Shown here one piece after another: positions 1-7,324 of a stretch of DNA of 64,000 nucleotides. The DNA lies in contig JBEKTH010000014.1 in the NCBI GenBank assembly GCA_049516255.1, positions 4,726 to 68,725 on the forward strand. Direction: 5' to 3'. The position numbers were made by a program, and so were the translations under genes. The notes under the pieces were generated by a model, which worked only from the letters and a program-made list of their open reading frames with translations, searched no databases and was not told where the DNA came from. Source of the DNA: Verrucomicrobiota bacterium (GTDB lineage Bacteria; Verrucomicrobiota; Verrucomicrobiia; Limisphaerales; UBA11358). Position 1 is the first letter of the stretch. Every line of letters starts with the position of its first letter.

Positions 1-2
1 GG

Positions 3-524
3 CTGCCGGCGAACGTCACCGCCCAAACTCCCTCCGATCTGTATCGCATTACGGACGGCGTCACCCGCAGCCAGATGAATTTTCACCAAATTATTGTGCC
101 TAAAGGAGGGGAGCAGATTTTGGCCGAATTTAGCGGTCCCGGCAAGGTGACCTACTTCTACATAACGGATGATACCGTGGGAAGATGGTATCCCGGGCTG
201 TTGTTGAAGGTGTTCTGGGATGACGAACCGTATCCGAGCATACAAGTGCCATTGTCAGATTTCTTTGGAGCGATTGGCGGCCGCACGATTGATTATCAGT
301 CCACGCTGATGCAGATCAATCATTCCTGTTTTATGAGCTATTTGCCGATGCCTTGCTCGAAACGGGCCCGCTTTGTGCTGGCCAACGACGGGGATCGTGA
401 CTACTCGCAGAAAGTGGCCTACGGCATTGATTTCGAGTCAAGCGCGGCCTATGCCGCCGAGAAAAGCCGGCTGCACTGCGAATGGCGTAGAAGCAATCCG
501 GTCACCAGCATAAAGGGGTGGTGA
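3..524 (+). pseudogene. DUF2961-family protein, 5' end outside window and 3'-truncated
   Basis: The frame is open from the window edge. GPGKVTYFYIT...LLLKVFWDDEPYPSIQVPLSDFFGAIGG...YLPMPCSKRARFVLAND matches the DUF2961 core as I remember it. Similarity stops at about 524, where an IS110-like frame takes over. Confidence 0.5.
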
Positions 525-752
525 CCGACAAGACCGATGCCCGCGAATTGACCTTGAATCTCGATCGTTATCTTCGGGGCAACCTCCGGGCCCTGAGTGT
601 GGTGCGCGTGCCCACCCCGGCCGAGGAACAACGGCGGGCGCTTTCCCGCCAGCGTGAACAGTTGCGCTGGGAACGGCAGCGGCTGGCGGCCCAGGGCCGC
701 GGCCTGTGTCTGACCCAGGGCATCCGTTTGCGGGGCGAATGGTGGAAGGGCA
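524..752 (+). mobile_element. Internal fragment of an IS110-family transposase (no start, no catalytic ends)
   Basis: ORF 518..838 reads KTDARELTLNLDRYLRGNLRALSVVRVPTPAEEQRRALSRQREQLRWERQRLAAQGRGLCLTQG...WWKG. This is typical of the linker after the IS110 DEDD domain. Only about 75 aa of a roughly 340-aa protein is present. Confidence 0.5.
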
Positions 753-1014
753 ACTGTTGCGGTCGGGCACGTCGCCCTTACCCAATCATGCTGAAGCGCA
801 GGCGGCCGAATCGCGGGCCGATTTTGTTCACAAGTTGAAAATCTGCCTGAAGGAACTGCGGGAAAGTCTGCGCTGGCTGCGATTGGTGGGACGGGTGACA
901 TTGGTCAAACCGGCCAGCAAGGTGGAGAGTCTTGAAGCGGAGACGGAGGAACTGGTCCGCATTTTTTCGGCGAGTGTTCGCACGCCCAACAGCGTCCATC
1001 GAGCCGGCGTTTAA
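742..1014 (+). pseudogene. C-terminal fragment of a four-helix-bundle protein (23S rRNA IVS protein / TIGR02436 family)
   Basis: GQLLRSGTS...AEAQAAESRADFVHKLKICLKELRESLRWLRLV...LEAETEELVRIFSASVRT matches the C-terminal two helices of the family. Compare the intact paralogue at 2027..2431. The N-terminal half is missing and the fragment abuts the IS110 fragment. Confidence 0.55.
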
Positions 1015-1216
1015 CGTTGGAGGTTCAGCGTTGAAGGTTCAACGTTTAGTAATTAAAGGGTCTGGTCTCCGCCGTTTGACAACGGCGGCTACGAGGCAGG
1101 GTGCCGGCAGGATGCCGGCGCTCCCAGGGTTTGACAACGGCGGCTACGAGGCAAGGTGCCGGCGCTCCGGCAGTGATGTAATTGAACATTCAACATTCAA
1201 CGTCGAACATCGAAGG
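1013..1216. repeat. REP cluster: TTCAAC-type repeats plus a tandem 34-bp duplication containing a GCCGGCA..TGCCGGC element
   Basis: aacgttggaggttcagcgttgaaggttcaacg lies at 1013-1047. tttgacaacggcggctacgaggcaRggtgccggc occurs twice (1075-1108 and 1130-1163). attgaacattcaacattcaacgtcgaacatcgaagg lies at 1181-1216. Confidence 0.8.
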
Positions 1217-1420
1217 TGGCACGTCACCCCGGTCCTCCGCAGAAAATGGTTTATCCCTGACAACCCTCACCTGGCTGCGCCATCCAATGACTCGCTCGCG
1301 CCCGCTCACTCGGCCCGTAGCGGGCCTTCGCCTTCGGCAAATTCCTTTCACCGTTTCCCCAAACGGTTCAAGTCCCGCTCCCGCGAGCGAGGAAATAACG
1401 CGGAGAGGGAGAATCCGAAG

Positions 1421-1990
1421 TTATTTCTTCTGCAATCCCGCCTTGGTGGCGGCCTGCAGGGCGTCGAGTTGCGGACGTAATTCCTCCTTGGTGGCCTTGT
1501 CCATCCGGTCAATGAACAGGATGCCGTTGAGGTGGTCCACCTCGTGCTGAATGGCGCGCGCCAGCAATCCGCCACAACGGAATTCAATCGGTTTGCCTTT
1601 TTCGTTCAACGCTTTTACGTCCACAGAACCGGGCCGGGCAATTTCCCCAAAAATTTCGGGAAAACTCAGGCAGCCTTCACCGGCGATGACGGGGTCGCCG
1701 CTAGTTTTGATTTCGGGATTGATCAGAACCAGCGGCATGAAGCTGTTCACGTCGGCGGGCTGGCCGTCGAGTTCGAGCCAGGACGGGCGCTCTTTGGCTT
1801 CGCGCACGTCGAGTACGGTCAACTGCAAGGCGCGGCCGATTTGCTGGGCGGCCAGGCCGACGCCGTTGCTGGAGTGCATAGTTTCGAGCATGTCGGCAAT
1901 CAGCTTTTTGATTTCCGGGGTGAGGCGTTCGATGCGCCCGCCTTTTTGGCGCAGGACGGGATGGCCGTATTTGATGATGTCTAAAATCAT
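1421..1990 (-). CDS. def: Peptide deformylase
   Basis: HPVLRQKG, GLAAQQIG, EGCLSFPEI and QHEVDHLNG motifs. I place the start at the ATG giving MILDIIKYGHP. The 9 codons upstream in the ORF track (MSHVTCHLQ) are encoded by a GTCAC repeat. Confidence 0.95.
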   Translation of the reverse strand: MILDIIKYGHPVLRQKGGRIERLTPEIKKLIADMLETMHSSNGVGLAAQQIGRALQLTVLDVREAKERPSWLELDGQPADVNSFMPLVLINPEIKTSGDPVIAGEGCLSFPEIFGEIARPGSVDVKALNEKGKPIEFRCGGLLARAIQHEVDHLNGILFIDRMDKATKEELRPQLDALQAATKAGLQKK

Positions 1991-1995
1991 CTGAA

Positions 1996-2025
1996 GGTGG
2001 CAAGTGACATGTGACAAGTGAAAGG
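1996..2025. repeat. GTCAC(Y)T short tandem repeat, inverted copy
   Basis: ggtggcaagtgacatgtgacaagtgaaagg is the reverse complement of the tgtcacYtgtcac repeat at 2418-2482. Confidence 0.8.
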
Positions 2026-2026
2026 A

Positions 2027-2431
2027 TCAGGACTTCGCGCGCGCACGGTTCTCAATGGTTTGGATGGTCTTGCTCAAGCCTCCAATAATATGGGTGAGAG
2101 CGGCAACACGTTGGGCGATGGTTGCGGAAGGGAGCAGGTGATTGCAACGTTCGTAACGTCCACGGCTTTCTCTTGCTTCACCCCGGGAAATCTTCAAATG
2201 CTGCGGCAGTTCCTTGCCGAAACCCCGACCAAAACCTTCCTCCATATTGGCACAGACGGAATCCAAGCTACGGATTTGTTGCTTGCTCAACTCGCGCCCG
2301 CGATAGTCGCGGCTTAAAATTTCCGAGTCGTTCCAAAAATCTTCGAAAAGCCGACGGGCAAGCTGATAGATGCCGAACGACTCCAACCTATCCGCATCCG
2401 CCCCGCTGATTGTTTTCTTGTCACCTGTCAC
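2027..2431 (-). CDS. Four-helix-bundle protein (23S rRNA intervening-sequence protein family, TIGR02436/PF05635)
   Basis: 134 aa with FGIYQLARRLFEDFWNDSEIL...QIRSLDSVCANMEEGFGR...HLKISRGEARESRGRYERC, the typical family pattern. Confidence 0.85.
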   Translation of the reverse strand: MTGDKKTISGADADRLESFGIYQLARRLFEDFWNDSEILSRDYRGRELSKQQIRSLDSVCANMEEGFGRGFGKELPQHLKISRGEARESRGRYERCNHLLPSATIAQRVAALTHIIGGLSKTIQTIENRARAKS

Positions 2432-2482
2432 TTGTCACCTGTCACTTTCTATTTTTGATCACGCCACCCGTCACCCGTCACT
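2418..2482. repeat. GTCAC(Y)T short tandem repeats
   Basis: ttgtcacctgtcacttgtcacctgtcac followed by cacccgtcacccgtcact. The second block supplies the last codons and the stop of the kinase gene. Confidence 0.85.
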
Positions 2483-3640
2483 CTTGGCCGGCCAGGCACG
2501 GAGCATTTTGGCGAGGTCCGGGATGGTGGGGCTTTGGGCGGTGCGGACGTAATGGCCGCTGGTGGTGACGCCGGTCAGGACGGATTGCCCATTATCCAGG
2601 CCCAGCAGTTTGCCGAGGCAGAAACCGGAATTGAAATGGTCGCCGGCGCCGGTGGTGATGACGGGTTTGGGAGTGAATGGGCCCTGCACCAGCGAGACGA
2701 CGCCGTTGCCCGCAGCCAGCGCGTAGCTGACGGGATGAATGACCAGGGTGTTGACCGGCACGCGCCGGTTGATTTCCAGCGCCAGCAAGGAAAGCGCGTC
2801 CGGGGATTTGCCGGTGGTCGGCAATCCCAAAACGTCGCCGATTTCGTACGCTTCCTTTTCGTTCAGTCCCAGGACCACGTTGAAGTATTTCTCAAATTCC
2901 ACAATCGTCTTCAGCGCCTGCCGGATGTCATCCGGTTTGCGTTTTTCCGGATCGGCGAGGTCGAAAAACATGACGCGCCGCTTGCCCTTGATGGCGGGGC
3001 AAACTTCCTTGAGTGTCGCCTCCCAGATTTCGCCCATGTGGGTCAGCATGGTCCAATTCACAAATCCAACCAGGTCGGCCCCGGTGAATTGGGCGGTAAA
3101 TTTGTCGCGGCCGTAACGGGACTGGATGTTCGTCCAGTTCACCTCGTTGAGCGACAGAATCTTGCCGATCATGACCTTGCCGTCGTCGAATTCCAGCGCG
3201 TCGGTATGTCCGGGTTCGGCGATGGAATGAACGTCGGCGCGTTTGGCGAAGTCGGCGAAGACCGGGTGCAGGTTGGGCCAGCCGAGATTGCCGAGGTAGG
3301 TGACCTTGAGGCCGAAACTGGCGAGGGCGTTGGCCATGATGGGGCCGTTGCCGCCGAGTTTGGTGACGCGGTTGACGATTTCGATGTTGGTGCTTTTGCC
3401 CGCCGCGGCCGCCACGCGCTCGGCCAACTGGGAAATGGTTGCGAGCCGCTGAAACGAATCCGCGCTGTCACGTTTGTCCACGACGTGGAGGATTTCATCG
3501 ACGAAGCCGTCCAGTCCCACAAACGCCGTCATGCGGCCGGCGGCAGCGGCGCCGGCGAGGAGCCGCTGGGCGCACTGTTCCCGTGATTCAGGTGTGTTCA
3601 TTTGTTTCGAAATTCTGCAGAAACCGGACGCCGCAAGCAA
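2471..3640 (-). CDS. PfkB/ribokinase-superfamily carbohydrate kinase
   Basis: GGNGPIMANAL near the N-terminus and TTGAGDHFNSGF near the C-terminus (ribokinase-fold signature). An alternative ATG at 3601 (MNTPESREQ) is equally plausible. Confidence 0.75.
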   Translation of the reverse strand: MLAASGFCRISKQMNTPESREQCAQRLLAGAAAAGRMTAFVGLDGFVDEILHVVDKRDSADSFQRLATISQLAERVAAAAGKSTNIEIVNRVTKLGGNGPIMANALASFGLKVTYLGNLGWPNLHPVFADFAKRADVHSIAEPGHTDALEFDDGKVMIGKILSLNEVNWTNIQSRYGRDKFTAQFTGADLVGFVNWTMLTHMGEIWEATLKEVCPAIKGKRRVMFFDLADPEKRKPDDIRQALKTIVEFEKYFNVVLGLNEKEAYEIGDVLGLPTTGKSPDALSLLALEINRRVPVNTLVIHPVSYALAAGNGVVSLVQGPFTPKPVITTGAGDHFNSGFCLGKLLGLDNGQSVLTGVTTSGHYVRTAQSPTIPDLAKMLRAWPAKSDG

Positions 3641-3643
3641 TTT

Positions 3644-4582
3644 TTAATCGGCGGCAACGCCAAGAATTTGCAGAATCCGTTCCAGTTCCGCGTCGCTGAA
3701 AAAGGAAATTTCGACCGTGCCTTTGCCTTCGGCGTAGTGGAGCTGGACCTTGGTGGCGAAAACCTCGCGCAACCGGTCTACGAGGTCGGCCAGGTGCGGG
3801 TCGCCGGCGGGCGCGGCCACGGTTTCCGGTTTGGGCGCCGCCGGACGCGGACCGCGTCGTTGCAGACGGGCCAGCAGGCCTTCGGTCTGGCGCACGTTCA
3901 GGCCTTCCTTGACGACGCGTTCGGCCACCAGTTTTTGGTCCTTTTCGCTGGCCAGACCGAGGATGACCTTGGCGTGGCCGACGGACAGGCGGCCGTCGCG
4001 GATGAAATTTTGGATGGGCAACGACAGTTTCAGCAGGCGCAGGGCGTTGGCCACCGCGGCGCGGCTTTTGCCGACCTTGCCGGCGATTTCCTCCTGGGTG
4101 AGCTGGAACTGTTCGGCCAGTTGCGCGTAGCCGTGCGCTTCCTCGAGGGCGTTGAGGTTCTCGCGCTGGAGATTTTCGATGAGCGCCAGTTCGAGGACGG
4201 CGCGGTCATCGGCCTGGCGGACGATGATGGGGACTTCCGGCAATTGGAGAAGCTGGGCGGCGCGCCAGCGGCGTTCGCCGGCGATCAATTCAAAATAACC
4301 GTCGCGCTCGCGGACGATGAGTGGTTGCACGATGCCTTGTTCGCGGATGGAATCGGCCAGTTCACGGAGCGCTTCGGCGGAGAAATCCTTGCGCGGCTGG
4401 AGCGGGCAGGGACGGAGGCGGTCCAACGGCACGCGTTGCACCCGTTCGCGCAGGTCAGGCGCGGGTGCGGCCAGCGGGATTGGAGCAGGGGACGGAACAG
4501 CGGGTGCCGGGGCAGGCTGGATCAAAACCGGGCTGCCGCCCAACAACGCGCCGAGGCCGCGTCCCAAAGCAGGTTTCGCCAT
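3644..4582 (-). CDS. parB: ParB/Spo0J chromosome partitioning protein
   Basis: MAKPALGRGLGALL N-terminus, PRKDF...ALRELADSIREQGIVQPLIVRE...YELIAGERRWRAAQ ParB box, and an HTH region LTQEEIAGKVGKSRAAVANALRLL. Confidence 0.92.
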   Translation of the reverse strand: MAKPALGRGLGALLGGSPVLIQPAPAPAVPSPAPIPLAAPAPDLRERVQRVPLDRLRPCPLQPRKDFSAEALRELADSIREQGIVQPLIVRERDGYFELIAGERRWRAAQLLQLPEVPIIVRQADDRAVLELALIENLQRENLNALEEAHGYAQLAEQFQLTQEEIAGKVGKSRAAVANALRLLKLSLPIQNFIRDGRLSVGHAKVILGLASEKDQKLVAERVVKEGLNVRQTEGLLARLQRRGPRPAAPKPETVAAPAGDPHLADLVDRLREVFATKVQLHYAEGKGTVEISFFSDAELERILQILGVAAD

Positions 4583-4608
4583 GCGCGCAGAGTGTCGCAG
4601 GGCAGGGG

Positions 4609-4697
4609 AATTGTCAATCTTGGCGGTAGGAGATGACGTGAGGAGTCTTATTCTTGGGAGCGAGTCTCGTTACCTCGACTTCTACGAAATTGTCAAT
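4609..4697. repeat. MITE/REP-like 69-bp insert flanked by a 10-bp direct repeat
   Basis: aattgtcaat occurs at 4609-4618 and again at 4688-4697. The segment between them carries gatgacgtgaggagtctta and gagtctcgttacctcgacttctac motifs. Confidence 0.5.
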
Positions 4698-4807
4698 AAC
4701 CACTCTCATCGGCCGGCGCGGTATGCGGCGATTTCGGCGGCGATGTCATCATCGGTGATGCGCAGTACGGCGGGCAGGGTTTGCGTGTCGCGCGCCAGGC
4801 GTTTCCA

Positions 4808-4930
4808 TTAATCAGCTTCGGTTTTGGCGGCGCGGCGGCGGTCAAGATATTCCAAAAAATCCAACGCCTCCGTCTGCAATTTGCCGGGAAGCGTTTTGAC
4901 CTTTTCGTAAATTAAATCCACCGTGCTCAT
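4808..4930 (-). CDS. Small DUF2281-like (antitoxin-like) protein, 40 aa
   Basis: My own translation gives MSTVDLIYEKVKTLPGKLQTEALDFLEYLDRRRAAKTEAD then TAA. The KL..EALDFLEYL pattern resembles DUF2281. It is below the ORF-track length cutoff. Confidence 0.4.
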   Translation of the reverse strand: MSTVDLIYEKVKTLPGKLQTEALDFLEYLDRRRAAKTEAD

Positions 4931-5088
4931 GGGCTAAAGCTTGGTCCGTTAAAGGAGTCCGGTCAACCATTGGCGTTCATGCTCCAGCTTGTTTCGGGGC
5001 ACCGGCGAACGCCTGAATTCCAACGAGTCGCGGTGCAAAACAGCTTGACAAAACCATTAGAAAACGAATCACTAGATTAGTAAATTAA

Positions 5089-6438
5089 ATGAAAGCCTTA
5101 TTCGTTACAGTAGTATTTATTTCCGCCCTGACCTCTGTAATTAATCCCGTGCTTGGGCAAGGTTTGGCCTTCGTGAGCAACACGAATGCCGTAGGGAATG
5201 GCCCATCTTCCGTGATTGCGGTAGATATCAAGGGCGACGGTAAATTAGATTTGGTCTGTACGGATTCCAAAGACAACACGCTGACAGTGCTGACCAACGA
5301 CGGGAGCGGCGGCTTTGTTTCCAATGCCACCTACAGCGTGCCGGGTGTTAATCCGGCCTGCGTCACGGCGGCGGATATCAATGGCAATGGCAAACCGGAT
5401 TTGGTTGCCGCGCTTTTTAATAACAACAATGGTCCCGGCGAGCTTGTGGTGTTAACCAACGACGGCAGTGGAGGCTTTGTTTCCAATGCTACATACACTG
5501 TGGGTTTCGGTCCATCTTGTGTCGTGGCGGTGGATGTCAACGGTGATGGCAAGATCGATTTAGTCACTGCCAATGGAAGTGTTCCACCTGGTGGGCTGAC
5601 GGTATTGACCAACGATGGCAGTGGCGGCTTCGTTCTCGATGCTACACTTGGGACAGAGAATTTCTTTACTCAATCTCACTGGGTTGCGGCTGCAGATATC
5701 AAGGGCGACGGCAAAGTGGATTTAATCAGTGCGAATATTGAGAGTCCTGCCAATACGCTGACAGTATTTACGAATGATGGCAGCGGCGAATTTGGCTCCA
5801 ACGCCACATATATCGTGGGCCTTTTGCCGCAATGCGTTGTGGCTGCAGATATCAACGGCGACGGCAAGCCAGATTTGATCACTGCTAATACAAGTGGAAC
5901 GCTGACAGTGCTCACGAACAATGGTAGCGGCTCATTTGTTTCCAACGCCACATATAGTGTAGGAACTGGGGCGTTTTTTGTCACGGCAGCCGACATCAAC
6001 GGCGATGGCAAACTGGATTTGATCTGTGCGAATTTGATTACCAACACACTGACGGTTCTGACCAACGATGGCAGCGGCGGTTTCGTCTTTTGCACCACGC
6101 TTACCGTTGGCGACGGCCCGCGTTCCATCGCGGTTGCAGACCTGAATGGCGACGGCAAACTGGATTTGATCAGCGCAAATTACAATGACAACACGCTGAC
6201 GGTATTGACGCAAGTAACGCCGCCGCCAGAGTTGACCATTGCGTCCGTCAGCCCAGACGCGGTCGCCGTCTCATGGCCATCATCAACGACCAACTTCGTG
6301 CTCCAGACTAATGCAGACTTGACCACCACGAATTGGGGGATTCCCAATTATGCCATTTCCACCACCGGCCAGGTCGAAAGCGTCACCATTAGTCCGTTGC
6401 CGTCGGAAAATTTATTCTTCCGGTTGATGTCGCAATAA
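5089..6438 (+). CDS. Secreted FG-GAP/VCBS-repeat protein (7-bladed propeller) with C-terminal beta-sandwich module
   Basis: Signal peptide MKALFVTVVFISALTSV. There are seven D(I/V/L)(N/K)G(D/N)GK.DL motifs spaced about 60 aa apart, alternating with LTVLTNDGSGGF. The C-terminus reads VAVSWPSSTTNFVLQTNADL...FFRL. The gene is AT-richer than its flanks. Confidence 0.85.
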   Translation: MKALFVTVVFISALTSVINPVLGQGLAFVSNTNAVGNGPSSVIAVDIKGDGKLDLVCTDSKDNTLTVLTNDGSGGFVSNATYSVPGVNPACVTAADINGNGKPDLVAALFNNNNGPGELVVLTNDGSGGFVSNATYTVGFGPSCVVAVDVNGDGKIDLVTANGSVPPGGLTVLTNDGSGGFVLDATLGTENFFTQSHWVAAADIKGDGKVDLISANIESPANTLTVFTNDGSGEFGSNATYIVGLLPQCVVAADINGDGKPDLITANTSGTLTVLTNNGSGSFVSNATYSVGTGAFFVTAADINGDGKLDLICANLITNTLTVLTNDGSGGFVFCTTLTVGDGPRSIAVADLNGDGKLDLISANYNDNTLTVLTQVTPPPELTIASVSPDAVAVSWPSSTTNFVLQTNADLTTTNWGIPNYAISTTGQVESVTISPLPSENLFFRLMSQ

Positions 6439-6439
6439 A

Positions 6440-6760
6440 GGCGCAGCAGCCGACGTGAGTCGGCTCATTTCCCGAAGAATGGAGCGGACTGACGTCCGGC
6501 ACGATTGGAATGGGGAGCGCGACCGTCCCGGTCGCTGTTTTCGGCGTCGCGCCGAAAACGCGTCTCCCAAACTGAATAGTTCAACCAATGGTTCGGGCGC
6601 GACGCCCGAACCCGCGCGCGAGACGCGCGCGCTCCCCACCAATCGTCCATTCCAAAATGGATTCAGTAAAAGAGTTCCCGTCCGTCCCGCTTTGCGGGAC
6701 GCAGCAAGTTGCCAACCCGCGCTCTCTCGTGTCACTTGCCACTTGTAACCTGTCACACGG
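6440..6760. repeat. Cluster of REP-like palindromes
   Basis: Contains gcagccgacgtgagtcggctcatttc, the palindromes tcggcgtcgcgccga (6541-6555) and gttcgggcgcgacgcccgaac (6591-6611), gtcccgctttgcgggac, and a solo GTCAC repeat gtgtcacttgccacttgtaacctgtcac (6729-6757). Confidence 0.8.
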
Positions 6761-6803
6761 CCTTTACCCTGAATCCGTGAGCAAGAGCAAACGCGTCGCC
6801 GAA

Positions 6804-7208
6804 ATGGTCGTCCAATATCACGGGCAGAAGCTGGATCCGCATTATCTCGGCTATTTCGACTGTTTCAATCGCCGTGAGTATTATGAGGCGCATGACGTGT
6901 TGGAACATCTCTGGCTTAAGGACAGGTACGGGCCGAACGGCGCTTTTTACAAGGGGCTGATCCAACTGGCCGGGGCGTTCGTGCACCTGCAAAAGAACCG
7001 GCTGCGACCCGGCGCCGCGCTGTTCAAGCTCGCCCTCGCCAACCTCGAAAAATACCCGCGCGTTCATGAAAGCCTGAATCTGGCAACCACTGGTGAATTG
7101 GCCCGGAAATGGCTGGAAGAACTGGAGCAGGGCCGCTTTGGCGTCAATCCGTTGACCGACCAAAATGCGCCGTCGCTGAGATTGGAAAAGGAAGCGCATG
7201 AGAAGTAA
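6804..7208 (+). CDS. DUF309 domain protein
   Basis: LGYFDCFNRREYYEAHDVLEHLWL...YKGLIQLAGAFVHL is the DUF309 pattern. The upstream part of ORF 6588..7208 is REP sequence. A GTG at 6777 is an alternative start. Confidence 0.7.
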   Translation: MVVQYHGQKLDPHYLGYFDCFNRREYYEAHDVLEHLWLKDRYGPNGAFYKGLIQLAGAFVHLQKNRLRPGAALFKLALANLEKYPRVHESLNLATTGELARKWLEELEQGRFGVNPLTDQNAPSLRLEKEAHEK

Positions 7209-7276
7209 GAATTTTAGGGGTGCTTTTGCGACCGCCGGCAACTGGCCGGCGAGAGTCGTGGTTTGTGCCGCAACGG

Positions 7277-7303
7277 GCCGGCAAGATGCCGGCGCTCCCG
7301 GGA
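7277..7303. repeat. GCCGGCAAGATGCCGGCGCTCCCGGG REP element (AGKMPALPG type)
   Basis: Same 26-mer family as 17357-17433, 55956-55981 and 1098-1128. It contains an ATG that creates a false N-terminal extension. Confidence 0.85.
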
Positions 7304-7324
7304 ATAAGCGTTGAGGAAACGAAA

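Noticed and set aside
932-1480. 182-aa ORF and overlapping ORF 1182..1550
   Set aside because: They are translated from REP clusters (TTCAAC repeats, the 34-bp tandem duplication and C-run/G-run palindromes), and the 3' end is antisense to def.
742-2431. Four-helix-bundle genes considered as Avd of a diversity-generating retroelement
   Set aside because: There is no reverse transcriptase gene and no template/variable repeat pair anywhere in the window.
1996-2482. The short tandem repeats (GTCACYT, TTCAAC) considered as a CRISPR array
   Set aside because: The units are 6-7 nt with no unique spacers, and no cas genes are present. They are microsatellite-like REP components.
7220-7324. N-terminal extension of the epimerase-family gene (MLLRPP...AGKMPALPG). 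The same MPALPG start appears in ORF 16948..17373.
   Set aside because: The extension is encoded by a dispersed REP element. The Rossmann fold begins after the GTG at 7325, and the lipoprotein has a proper signal peptide from 17295.
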